Shown: piece after piece, positions 1-9,302 of the stretch
Numbering within the stretch: the stretch's first letter is position 1
Layout: every line of letters begins with the position of its first letter
Made by a program: the position numbers and the translations under genes
NCBI RefSeq assembly: GCF_036507355.1
Contig: NZ_AP027877.1
Reading direction: 5' to 3' (one strand)
DNA: 64,000 nt
Source of the DNA: Escherichia coli
Lineage (GTDB): Bacteria > Pseudomonadota > Gammaproteobacteria > Enterobacterales > Enterobacteriaceae
The notes under the pieces: model-generated
What the model saw: the letters and a program-made list of their open reading frames with translations, nothing else
Told to the model about the DNA's origin: nothing
Database searches by the model: none

Positions 1-2411
1 TTATCTTTCAGCATCAGCCCCCATTGGCACTGAGTCAGCGCCCGGAGAAATAGTCTGACTAAAATATCATCACTACGTTTGCTTCCGACTTTTAGTTTCA
101 TATCAGAAAACACCGTCCGGCAATAGAGAAAATCACACCAGTCATCCCAGTCAGCCAGGGTCTTCAGTGTATGCGTTTGCCGCCAGTCGTCGAAAAGGGA
201 GCGTTGCTGCAGAGCCTCTTCCATATTATCCCACGGGCGGGAAAACATCAGTAGATGCCCTTCATTCATGGCGGGCCGTACGGGCTGGCGTTTGAAATCG
301 AATTCCAGATTAAGACGGATATCCTGTTCCCGGGATACCAGATCGCTTTCCGAGAGCCACATCTCACGCGTTGATATCAACGTACTTCGGGATAACGTCT
401 GACCGGGTAAACGATTAAGGTAAAGATCTACCATATAGTCGTTATAGTCACTGCGTGGAATATCGGCAGGAGGTTTGACGCCAGCCCTGGCATGAACAAC
501 AGGTTTTCCCTGAATCGCTTTATAGGTTAACTGCCCCCGGGTTTTCATGGCGATAAGCTGGCTGACCTCATGCTTACATGTCAACATTGATGAACCCGGA
601 TCAACAATATCGCACAGCGACTGGAAGCGGGAAGACAGTGGACCGCTCATGTTTATCTTGTCAAGTGGGCAATTTGTCAAAAAACCATCGGTTGTGACGC
701 TGACAACCGATGAATCAGAAGGCAAAGCATTCATGAGTTCCCCGACAACGGCGCGGATAAATCCCGTCACATGCGCAGCAAAGAATGGCTGAGTAACCGA
801 TGATGGTGGGAGGGATCTGTTTAATCCACGGGCAGTATCAAAGGCGGTTTTGGCGCGAAGGCCCTGAGCAAGTTTGCCATAAAGCGAGTTGCCAATTTCT
901 TTCCAGAATTTCTCCTCCAAAGAACCCTTAATATGGCGATTACGGTTCTCACGGACCTGTTGAACAAAGGGAAGAAACACCGATGTTGATTCGCTGTTAT
1001 GTGGGGAGGTGTCACAGATCCAGGGGACGATGATCCCATTATGGATCGTCATCTCTGCCCCGAGCGACAGAGCAAGTTCGATTTCAGGTGCCGTTGCCCA
1101 TGATTCGCCACTTAATGGAAAGAATAACCCATATTGATCGGTCCGAACCGGCAGGCTGGGATAGGGAACTGATTCCGGGAACCGAAATGTGACAAGCGCA
1201 AATCCCATCACATGCCCACAGTAATCGTCCGGATTTTTACTGAGGCGGATGTTTCCGTAATCGGGTATGAGGATATCTAATAGCCCGGTGGTATACGCTC
1301 CAGCCAGATCGTAGTCATACCAGTGATCAGACGGTGTAACCCCCATCATAAAACACTCATTGCGTCCGCCGTGGTAACAGTTGATCGGGAACGTTTCAAA
1401 CAACTCTCTTGAAGGAACACTGGCGGGGTTTTTAATCGTCCGGAATGCCTGTTTCTCCGTGAGCCAGAGTTCACGGGTTTTAATGTGTGTCCCAAGGCAG
1501 ACTTCAGGAGACATATTGTTTTCTTTAAGTGTTTTGGTGAACCGTGAAACTGCCATCGCCCCGATGGTGGCGGGGACACGATCAATCATCAGCTCCCGGG
1601 CGCAAAAATTGCGAACCTGTAAAGCATAACGAACCGCAATCTCGGCATCCCGCAGAGCATAGGCTTCAAACCCTGCTCTGTCGCCCAGAAGATATTCACG
1701 CATATTGGTTATGGAATAAGGTGCAGGAATGGTGAGTTTGGGAAGACCCAGTAATTCACCACATTCAGCCAGACCCATACCCCCGGGAGTGATAAGCAGT
1801 GTATCGATGAAAGCTACGTTACTGCAACGCGGAGGGGAAGTTCGTTTGTCAAACATTATCTGTTCAGTCTTTACGCGACGTTCCTGCTGTTCATCAAAAT
1901 CGATACCGTAACGATTTTTGAAGCTGCTGACAGTACCGCGTATTCCTTTCAGAAGAATTTTGTAGTCTGACCAGAAATTGGCAAAGGAGGCGATATCCGC
2001 ACGAATGAAATGCGCATATATATTAATAATACCGGGCCATTTTGTAATCACACCCGTTTCAAGAAGCGGTGTAATCGTTTGACAGAGAAATTCCTTAAAA
2101 GACAGTCGGGATTTTTTCTGTGAGTCAGGTGGATAGATAATGTTCGATATACCAGTGTTATCGGGTAAGACGACATAACTCTGATATGACAGAATATCAT
2201 TCTGTTGTGTTTCAGGATTGAAAACATATTCGGTATCAAAACCGATATGGAGTGTCAGGTCACTTGAAATAACAGATACTTTTTTTGATGCAGGTGGTAT
2301 CACAGGATAATCATCAAGCGTTTTAGGTCTTTTAAGATTGAGCGCTGGCTCTGAAGTCACGGACTGATACCCCGAGGCGGCAGCGAGGATATCCTGCAAA
2401 TTATGGCTCAT
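1..2411 (-). CDS. Primer-independent family B DNA polymerase (piPolB), first ~803 codons; 3' end runs off the left edge
   Basis: Absent from the ORF track because no stop lies in the window. My translation of the minus strand from ATG 2411 (SD GGAG at 2418-2421) stays open to position 1. Motifs read directly: ExoI HIGFDTEYVF, ExoIII YALRDAEIA, Pol A YDYDLAGAYTTG, Pol B KEIGNSLYGKLAQG, Pol C VSVTTDGFL (TTDG codons 684-695), and AMKTRGQLTY (KTRG codons 534-545). KTRG is the piPolB-specific substitute for KxY. Confidence 0.85.
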   Translation of the reverse strand, partial: MSHNLQDILAAASGYQSVTSEPALNLKRPKTLDDYPVIPPASKKVSVISSDLTLHIGFDTEYVFNPETQQNDILSYQSYVVLPDNTGISNIIYPPDSQKKSRLSFKEFLCQTITPLLETGVITKWPGIINIYAHFIRADIASFANFWSDYKILLKGIRGTVSSFKNRYGIDFDEQQERRVKTEQIMFDKRTSPPRCSNVAFIDTLLITPGGMGLAECGELLGLPKLTIPAPYSITNMREYLLGDRAGFEAYALRDAEIAVRYALQVRNFCARELMIDRVPATIGAMAVSRFTKTLKENNMSPEVCLGTHIKTRELWLTEKQAFRTIKNPASVPSRELFETFPINCYHGGRNECFMMGVTPSDHWYDYDLAGAYTTGLLDILIPDYGNIRLSKNPDDYCGHVMGFALVTFRFPESVPYPSLPVRTDQYGLFFPLSGESWATAPEIELALSLGAEMTIHNGIIVPWICDTSPHNSESTSVFLPFVQQVRENRNRHIKGSLEEKFWKEIGNSLYGKLAQGLRAKTAFDTARGLNRSLPPSSVTQPFFAAHVTGFIRAVVGELMNALPSDSSVVSVTTDGFLTNCPLDKINMSGPLSSRFQSLCDIVDPGSSMLTCKHEVSQLIAMKTRGQLTYKAIQGKPVVHARAGVKPPADIPRSDYNDYMVDLYLNRLPGQTLSRSTLISTREMWLSESDLVSREQDIRLNLEFDFKRQPVRPAMNEGHLLMFSRPWDNMEEALQQRSLFDDWRQTHTLKTLADWDDWCDFLYCRTVFSDMKLKVGSKRSDDILVRLFLRALTQCQWGLMLKD

Positions 2412-2422
2412 AGTTAACTCCG

Positions 2423-2450
2423 AAAAAATGCCGGGAGCTGTGTCCCGGCA
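2423..2450 (-). terminator. Intrinsic-terminator-like hairpin between orf212 and piPolB
   Basis: Minus strand reads UGCCGGGA-CACAGC-UCCCGGCA (8-bp GC-rich stem, 6-nt loop) followed directly by UUUUUU (2428-2423). The U-tract abuts the piPolB Shine-Dalgarno. Confidence 0.5.
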
Positions 2451-2457
2451 TAAAGAA

Positions 2458-3096
2458 TCAAGATTTAATAACATTTACTACAGATTTGAAAATATCGGTT
2501 TTGCGTGATTCATCATCTACATGGATAAAGGAAACGAGTTTCCTGCCTGCTTTAATCAGGATACCGCGTTGCGTCTTTTCCACAGACGGGGTAACGTGTG
2601 CAGATAACAGACAATGTTCATGTAAATGAAGAAACTTTTTTGAGGCGTAGCCGCCATGTAATCGGGCTTGAATGTCAAGATACATATCATCAAGAGAACC
2701 GGGTTCTCCTGATTCACTCAATACCGGATAACCCTTCTTATCAAAGAGGTTAAGGATAGATTTACTATCATGTTCGAACAGGGTAACACCGTAAATGTAT
2801 TTCATTCGAAAGGTGAGGGAATCGGTGGTGTAGACCTCCTCCTGACGATTGAAATTTTTGAGACGCCTGGCTAATTCATTAAAAACAGCACGAGCAGTAG
2901 CCGTGTCCTGCAGGGTGTAGGTATAAAGTACGAAGCCATCTGTGCCGATGAGCTTTACTAAGTTGTCCATAATCGTGATAGCGAGAACTAATGCAAAGGA
3001 TAGATATTTTTCATCGTTGTCTACAGCTGTGTTTGCTGCTTCAGGAAGAATGTTCAGTGCATTATTAGCATTATTTGCTGTGTTCTTAGTAACCAT
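2458..3096 (-). CDS. Hypothetical protein (212 aa), recombination/replication module of the element
   Basis: Intact ORF co-oriented with int, xis and piPolB. Its start overlaps the xis stop by 11 nt. It has an Asn/Ala-rich N-terminus and no motif I can assign. Confidence 0.6.
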   Translation of the reverse strand: MVTKNTANNANNALNILPEAANTAVDNDEKYLSFALVLAITIMDNLVKLIGTDGFVLYTYTLQDTATARAVFNELARRLKNFNRQEEVYTTDSLTFRMKYIYGVTLFEHDSKSILNLFDKKGYPVLSESGEPGSLDDMYLDIQARLHGGYASKKFLHLHEHCLLSAHVTPSVEKTQRGILIKAGRKLVSFIHVDDESRKTDIFKSVVNVIKS

Positions 3097-3286
3097 TTAT
3101 ATCACCTTTAAGTTTGTTTTGACGATGTGCATTTTCCCACTCAACAATATCATCAAGAGAGAATCGTATAGCCCGCCCAATTCTGATGAAGGGCGGGAGT
3201 TTTCCGGGGTTGCGCGATATATCTGACGCAACCGTGGATGCAGAAAGATTAAATCTTTCTGCGAACTGCTTAATGGTTAAATACAT
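3086..3286 (-). CDS. AlpA/MerR-like helix-turn-helix excisionase / transcriptional regulator (66 aa)
   Basis: The small protein MYLTIKQFAERFNLSASTV...IRIGRAIRFSLDDIVEWE has the typical AlpA-family pattern. It lies immediately downstream of the integrase on the same strand. Confidence 0.75.
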   Translation of the reverse strand: MYLTIKQFAERFNLSASTVASDISRNPGKLPPFIRIGRAIRFSLDDIVEWENAHRQNKLKGDINGY

Positions 3287-3436
3287 AAACCTCCGGTTTC
3301 AGAGAATAAGAAGCCACGCGGATTTAATATCAATCCACATTCTGTGATGACTTAATGCAGGGCCCTGCAGAAGCATGCAATGACAATACCGTCCTTAAAC
3401 GAGTGTTGCATCAATCACGAATCACAGATCATAGGT

Positions 3437-4564
3437 TCATTTTGTGTCATAACTTTCTATGACCTGAGAAACCACTGCGTGTGATGTCGCTGCATTGTGA
3501 AAAGCGTAGCGACGGGTCGCCGTGAGTGAATGGTGATTTAGCAGATGGGAAGCGATTGCAATATCCCCGGTCGCCTGTAGTACCCGGGTGGCAAAGGTAC
3601 GGCGCAGGTCATGCATCCGCAGGTTATCAATGTTGGCATCCCGACAAATACGGGCAAAGGTTGCACGCGGATATGCCAGAGGGCGGGCATTGTCGGTTAG
3701 TTGTGGAAAAATGTAAGTTTTGCTGAGCATCAGGTCCTGCTGGCACTGGACAACTGCAATGGCTGGAAGTGCAAGTGGGCAGGTGAAAGGGTGTCCGGAC
3801 TTTGTATCAGGCAGTATGAGTTGATGCATATCCGGGTGCCAGTACTCCCATTTCAGGGTACATACCTCACCAATACGCATCCCCGTATAAAGAGCAAGCA
3901 ATATAGAATCAGCTGCCGGTGTTTGCAGCGCTGTTGCTGCGTTAATAAAGCGCGGGATTTCTGTCGCTGACAGTGTGCGATAGCGAATGTTATTTTCTTT
4001 CAGATAGCGGACATGTGACATCGGGGAATGTGTGATCCATCCAGCACGTACTGCCAGAGAGCATATTTTGGACAATATTGCGAGGATACGGTTTACTGTT
4101 GACGGACGTAATTTTTCCCGTAAGCCAGCAGCATATTGTTCTAGTTCTCCTGCCGTGATGTCGCGAAGTTGCCGCTTGCCCCAGAACGGGCGAACGTAGA
4201 GGTTGAGTTTTGACAACTCTGACTGAGGACTCTTTTTATACAACTGCAAATCCGGTAGCCACAGGTCATTGATGGCCTGTTCCACAGTGAATCGACGGGA
4301 CTGAACAGCAAGGCGATTTTTATCGGCAAGCAGGTTCATCACATGCTGACGGGCATCCTCAATGCAGAGATGAGGGAATTCACCCAGTGTTTCATATATA
4401 CGTTGATTTTTGATGGTGGCGCGAAAGGCCAGCGTGATCCGTTTTGGATATACCAGTGCACGCAGGTTTTGGCACTGAATATCACGGTATTCCTGACAAC
4501 CCGTGAGGGGATGTGGAAGTTGGTGAATTGATTTGTTGCTGAAACGCAGATCCAGAATAGGCAT
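3437..4564 (-). CDS. Tyrosine site-specific recombinase (phage-type integrase), 375 aa
   Basis: Catalytic signature read in the translation: R in YTGMRIGE, HDLRRTF (H-x-x-R), LLNHHS (H), TRRYAF (Y nucleophile). SD GGAG lies upstream of the ATG. Confidence 0.9.
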   Translation of the reverse strand: MPILDLRFSNKSIHQLPHPLTGCQEYRDIQCQNLRALVYPKRITLAFRATIKNQRIYETLGEFPHLCIEDARQHVMNLLADKNRLAVQSRRFTVEQAINDLWLPDLQLYKKSPQSELSKLNLYVRPFWGKRQLRDITAGELEQYAAGLREKLRPSTVNRILAILSKICSLAVRAGWITHSPMSHVRYLKENNIRYRTLSATEIPRFINAATALQTPAADSILLALYTGMRIGEVCTLKWEYWHPDMHQLILPDTKSGHPFTCPLALPAIAVVQCQQDLMLSKTYIFPQLTDNARPLAYPRATFARICRDANIDNLRMHDLRRTFATRVLQATGDIAIASHLLNHHSLTATRRYAFHNAATSHAVVSQVIESYDTK

Positions 4565-4706
4565 CGTATTTCTCCTGTAAATGACACTGGAAAAATACGA
4601 TGTGAGGTTATAGTCTGCCAGTTACAGCTTTCACAGTTCATCAGGTGAAAAATGCTGATTCGGATATAATGGCAACACAATTCCATGTCGCCATTATATT
4701 AAGAAA

Positions 4707-5837
4707 CTACAGTTTCATGATCTTGTTCGCTATTTTTTCGAAGTAAACCTCATTCTTAAGAAGAGTGATATTGTTAGTTTGAACACCCAGACCACTGGAG
4801 GTTGACTGGAAGTTGAGTGAACCACTTATCACGGTGGACTTTCCTGATAAAAATGAAATCAACTCCTTGGAAGATGGTGCCCACTCAGGGTTTAAGAGTA
4901 ATGCAATGTAGATATATGTCTTACGAAGCAATTGTTCGATATCTTTTTTATACCCCGTAGTGTTTTGCTTACCTTTAATGCAAATTGATTTGATTATGAA
5001 CTCATCAGGGCTGGTTAAAGGCGTTTTAAACTTATTCAGTGATCCATCGTTATGAATGACTTCATAAGGCAGCATAGATAAAATGATCAATGCAATCATT
5101 TTAGGATGATAAAGGTAGTTATCACGAATGATTTTTCCTGCCTTCATTGTATTGAGTGTTGTTTGAATAAATACAAAAAGATATTCAGAGCAAAAGTAAC
5201 AAAACACAAGCCAGGATAGGTCAATGGCTGGAATGTTAATATCCTTAGGTAGTTTGTTTAGCCAGTATTCAGACTTCAAAAAGGTCCTGATTTCAACAGT
5301 ATATTCATGCATTTTTGCGCTGAAATCAAGCATTGCTACTTGACCTGATTGTTCCGTAACTGTGTGGTCTATAAATGTTAGTGTATTGCACATTTTATCC
5401 AGCGTGTTTTGAAAACAAGAAAGGAGTTCGGCATTATTATTACCATTAACCGCAGATGAAAGTTCAGTTGCAATAAATGCATCCAGTAGCATACAGATTT
5501 TTTTCGGAATGACATTTTTACGGGATTGCTGTGAATAGAAATATACTGCCAGTAAATTAAAGGCAGTGCACTCCTTTTTTAACCATTGTTCGAGCACTGG
5601 GACGTGCTGAAAAAAATTGATATGCTTAGCAGTAGATGCTGATGGAGATAGTACATGAAGAATATCTACAGCAGGCTTCATTTGCAATATTTGATCGGAT
5701 TCGGTAGTCGTCATTAGTTCCAGTAATTGCTGTTCAGAAAATAGTTTAGACAGGTGATCAATGTCTTTTTGGTATTGGTTAAGTTTTTTTAAATTCCCCG
5801 GTACACGGGTTACATTGTTTTTCATTTTCTCGAACAT
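4707..5837 (-). CDS. Hypothetical protein (376 aa), AT-rich orphan with hydrophobic segments
   Basis: Long intact ORF with a good SD (GAGGA, 7 nt before the ATG). No recognisable catalytic motif. Hydrophobic stretches include IDLSWLVFCYFCSEYLFVFIQTTL and MIALIILSMLPYEVI. Confidence 0.6.
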   Translation of the reverse strand: MFEKMKNNVTRVPGNLKKLNQYQKDIDHLSKLFSEQQLLELMTTTESDQILQMKPAVDILHVLSPSASTAKHINFFQHVPVLEQWLKKECTAFNLLAVYFYSQQSRKNVIPKKICMLLDAFIATELSSAVNGNNNAELLSCFQNTLDKMCNTLTFIDHTVTEQSGQVAMLDFSAKMHEYTVEIRTFLKSEYWLNKLPKDINIPAIDLSWLVFCYFCSEYLFVFIQTTLNTMKAGKIIRDNYLYHPKMIALIILSMLPYEVIHNDGSLNKFKTPLTSPDEFIIKSICIKGKQNTTGYKKDIEQLLRKTYIYIALLLNPEWAPSSKELISFLSGKSTVISGSLNFQSTSSGLGVQTNNITLLKNEVYFEKIANKIMKL

Positions 5838-6239
5838 AATTTTATCCTCGTTTGAATTAATACACTGATTTAAAAAGTAGCATGTCGTGTTAGCGAGGTA
5901 ATCCTAAAACGTGAATGGGATCAGGGGCAAGCTTGAATCTGCGTAAGGATATGGCTTAAATTTAATGGTGTAATTAGTGGATTAGAGGCTTATAGCTATT
6001 TAAATACAATAAGTTATGACGGTGTGTGGCGGGTGTAAATCGGTTAGTTTTTATGGTTAAAATATGAGCGCTATGAGGTTTCAGAGATGGTGGTGTTTAA
6101 ATTACATAAAACCAAGGCCTGATAATCAGTATCAATACCGGAACGATGTCATATGATTAACACTGTCTATGGCATTGATAATGATCTATGCAAGGCTGAA
6201 ATTAGCTCTGCTTCACGATGATATAGTGTTCTATAAAGA

Positions 6240-7475
6240 TTAAAAGGAAATAAACAGAGCCTTTCGCCGATGAATCAATGTGCTGATTTCCCTCAAATCA
6301 GCCTCAATACTACCAACATCACCAAAGACTTCACCTCTAATCTCACTTCGATTTTTCATGAAATTGGTGCTTAATAAGCTTTCTTTTTTTAATGCCATTA
6401 ATTTTGGTTTTATATCGTTATAGAAATGCTTACGGCTTACCCTGATGCTATGAATCGAGTAGTAAACTGTTTTATACATCAAAAATATAAGTAACTGGCC
6501 GAGAAGATATTCTTTTTCAATGTATTTATATTGAGAGGATTTTTCGCGTTTCGCCAGGTAGAAAACATGAGGTGCGATGATGGTGGGGATAAAATCCAGT
6601 GCTGGAGAGGTTTTGGTTTTTTCTGTTTCTCTTCCGGATTGAAGATGTTGAAGTACAGAGTATACAATGCTTAAAATTATGGCGTTACTTATATTATTAA
6701 TTGCAGTTGGGTAAATATGCAGATTGCTTATCAATTCTGAAAGGCAAAGTAAAACACCAGTGATGTTGGGTTTTCTGCCGGAGATTGTGGTGCTGTTGAA
6801 AATGTGACGATTCTTACGACTTATATTGACAAGTTTATGAGTGCAGAACTCTATATGTTCGACGATTTTATCTTGACTATTTTTAATGTATTTTGAAATG
6901 TTAGTGATCCGGCCATTCAACGTTAGTTCATCAAGCAATATATCATTTTTAATATTGCGAATTTCATCGCAATGTTCACATTGAGAAACTATCTCATGTA
7001 ATACATAACTCGAAGTATTGCGTGACGATGCTGATATGTAATCTAAAATGGAATGCTCGACTTTGATTTTTTGTTTGTATTTTTTAATGCACTGTTTGAT
7101 TGTTTTTTGTAGAGTATTTGAGATGTGTTTTTTATATTCTTTTAGAAAATCTTGCTCTAAAAAGAGTGAGGAGAAGATCAACTGCTGGCGAGATAATTTA
7201 ATCTCAGGCTTGATCAATTTAATCCGAAAAACTCTTCCCTCCAACTCATAGCTGAACATGGAAGATAAGTCATAGTGGGGTGATAAATGTTCGAGTAACG
7301 ACATTCGTGTATTCATTAGCCGCTTGAATTTATGGTCAGCATACATAAGTGTTTTTTTTATTTGCTCATCATAAAGTGGGCCGATAGCGCAGTTGGCAAT
7401 ACTCATTCTATCCGGAGACCTCCAGTCAGCAGGGGAATCACATTGACGGTCATCATTACTATCAAAGGGCATCAA
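6240..7475 (-). CDS. Hypothetical protein (411 aa), AT-rich orphan with Lys-rich helical N-half and hydrophobic C-half
   Basis: Long intact ORF transcribed divergently from hsdM. Segments GVLLCLSELISNL, AIILSIVYSVL, FIPTIIAPHVFYL and LLGQLLIFLMY look membrane-associated. Start is 7475 or 7472 (tandem ATG), with a weak SD. Confidence 0.55.
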   Translation of the reverse strand: MMPFDSNDDRQCDSPADWRSPDRMSIANCAIGPLYDEQIKKTLMYADHKFKRLMNTRMSLLEHLSPHYDLSSMFSYELEGRVFRIKLIKPEIKLSRQQLIFSSLFLEQDFLKEYKKHISNTLQKTIKQCIKKYKQKIKVEHSILDYISASSRNTSSYVLHEIVSQCEHCDEIRNIKNDILLDELTLNGRITNISKYIKNSQDKIVEHIEFCTHKLVNISRKNRHIFNSTTISGRKPNITGVLLCLSELISNLHIYPTAINNISNAIILSIVYSVLQHLQSGRETEKTKTSPALDFIPTIIAPHVFYLAKREKSSQYKYIEKEYLLGQLLIFLMYKTVYYSIHSIRVSRKHFYNDIKPKLMALKKESLLSTNFMKNRSEIRGEVFGDVGSIEADLREISTLIHRRKALFISF

Positions 7476-7778
7476 CGTTGCCGATTATGGATGATGTCAG
7501 CTTCACACACCAGTACGGGTGATATATGGATCATCATTACCCCAACGGCAGTTTTACACCATGGCTAATATGGATGCTATCTTACTAAGATAATTGGTTT
7601 TTAGCGAGTGACGAGCCAGGTTGTGTCAGTCTGTCTCATGTCGATATTACGGGGATGATGCAAACCTGAATGCTGCGATATTGGCGTGTCAGGGGAGGCA
7701 TCTTACGGTATCATTTACCGCAATTTTTAAGATGCAAAGCCCTGCATCGCTAGCTTTTTCTTCAGACCAGGATGATTC

Positions 7779-9302
7779 ATGAACGACAAAATCAGTCAGG
7801 ACACGATCAACAAAGCCCTGTGGGCCGCGTGTGATACGTTCCGTGGCACCATCAGTGCTGATACCTATAAAGACTTTATCCTTACCATGCTGTTCCTCAA
7901 GTACATTTCAGATGTCTGGCAGGATCACTACGACGAATATAAAGTGCAATATGGCGATGCGCCGGAACTGATTGAAGCGATGATGGCGAACGAGCGCTTC
8001 GTGTTGCCGAAAAGCGCCAGTTTCTATGCGTTGTACGAGCGACGTCATGAGCCGGGCAACGGTGAGCGTATCGATCAGGCGCTGCATGCGATTGAAGAAG
8101 CCAACGGCACCAAACTGAAAGATGCCGGGAAAAGTGTCTTCCAGGATATTTCGTTTAACACTGACCGTCTGGGCGAAGAAAAACAGAAGAACACCATCCT
8201 GCGTCAGTTGCTGGAAGACTTTGCCGGTGAAGATCTTAACCTGAAGCCAAGCCGTGTCGGTACGCTGGACGTTATCGGTAATGCTTACGAATATCTGATC
8301 AAAAACTTTGCTGCCAGCGGTGGGCAGAAAGCCGGGGAATTCTATACCCCGCCGGAAGTTTCGGACCTGATTGCTGAACTGCTCGATCCGCAACCGGGTG
8401 ATACCATCTGCGATCCGGCCTGTGGTTCGGGTTCATTGTTGATGAAGTGTGGGCGTAAAATTGTCTCCGGGCATGATAGTCGTAACTATGCATTGTTCGG
8501 TCAGGAAGCGATCGGTTCTACGTGGTCGCTGGCGAAAATGAATATGTTCCTGCACGGGGAAGACAACCATAAAATCGAGTGGGGCGATACCATTCGTAAC
8601 CCGAAGCTGCTCGATAAAAATGGCGACCTGATGCTGTTTGATATCGTGACCGCTAACCCACCGTTCAGCCTCGATAAGTGGGGCCATGACGAGGCCGAGA
8701 ACGATAAGTTTGGCCGTTTTCGTCGCGGTGTACCGCCGAAGACTAAAGGAGATTACGCTTTTATCTCGCATATGATCGAAACCCTGAAACCGGGAACTGG
8801 CCGTATGGGCGTAGTTGTGCCACACGGTGTGCTTTTCCGTGGCTCCAGCGAAGGTAAAATTCGCCAGAAACTGATCGACGAAAATTTGCTGGATGCGGTA
8901 ATTGGTCTGCCGGAAAAACTGTTCTACGGTACGGGGATTCCGGCTGCGATTCTGATTTTTAAAAAGCAGAAAGTTGATGACAAGGTGCTGTTTATCGATG
9001 CCAGCCGTGAATTCAAGGCAGGTAAAAACCAGAACCAGCTTAGCGAAGAAAACATTAAGAAAATCGTCAAGACCTACCGTGATGGCGATAACGTCGAGAA
9101 ATACGCCTATCTTGCCAGCCTGAAGGAAATTCAGGACAACGACTATAATCTCAATATCCCGCGCTATGTCGATACCTTTGAAGAAGAGGATGAGATTGAC
9201 CTGCTGGCGGTGCGAGCAGAACGCGAGCAACTGAAGGCGGAATTGGCGAAGCTGGAAACGGAGATGGCTGGATATTTGAAGGAGTTGGGTTATGGCTCGT
9301 GA
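7779..9302 (+). CDS. hsdM: Type I restriction-modification system, DNA methyltransferase subunit HsdM
   Basis: N6-adenine methylase motifs: DPACGSGSLL (AdoMet binding) and VTANPPFS (NPPF catalytic). The HsdM N-terminal domain pattern (LWAACDTFRG) is present. hsdS overlaps the 3' end by 11 nt. Confidence 0.95.
   Translation: MNDKISQDTINKALWAACDTFRGTISADTYKDFILTMLFLKYISDVWQDHYDEYKVQYGDAPELIEAMMANERFVLPKSASFYALYERRHEPGNGERIDQALHAIEEANGTKLKDAGKSVFQDISFNTDRLGEEKQKNTILRQLLEDFAGEDLNLKPSRVGTLDVIGNAYEYLIKNFAASGGQKAGEFYTPPEVSDLIAELLDPQPGDTICDPACGSGSLLMKCGRKIVSGHDSRNYALFGQEAIGSTWSLAKMNMFLHGEDNHKIEWGDTIRNPKLLDKNGDLMLFDIVTANPPFSLDKWGHDEAENDKFGRFRRGVPPKTKGDYAFISHMIETLKPGTGRMGVVVPHGVLFRGSSEGKIRQKLIDENLLDAVIGLPEKLFYGTGIPAAILIFKKQKVDDKVLFIDASREFKAGKNQNQLSEENIKKIVKTYRDGDNVEKYAYLASLKEIQDNDYNLNIPRYVDTFEEEDEIDLLAVRAEREQLKAELAKLETEMAGYLKELGYGS

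Noticed and set aside
2690-2710. GEPGS motif in the 212-aa protein resembling the family-4 uracil-DNA glycosylase motif GEAPG
   Set aside because: The motif lies mid-protein rather than near the N-terminus. The spacing to the only HxxPS-like sequence is far too short, and no Fe-S cysteines are present. It is probably a chance match.
4619-4627. CAGTTACAG as a third copy of the CAATTACAG arm-type repeat
   Set aside because: It has one mismatch, is a single occurrence, and lies 15 kb from attR. It cannot be distinguished from chance without the attL sequence.
5838-6239. ~400-bp ORF-free gap between the two orphan genes, considered as a possible ncRNA or retron-like msr/msd locus
   Set aside because: I could find no convincing long inverted repeats, terminator or conserved promoter by eye, only a short TGATA-N5-TATCA palindrome. 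There is not enough evidence to call a feature. It remains worth checking with RNA-seq.
7731-7748. Palindrome GATGCA-AAGCCC-TGCATC just upstream of hsdM as a controller (C-protein) operator
   Set aside because: No C-protein gene is present in the operon and the 6-bp arms are short. It is most likely fortuitous or a minor promoter element.
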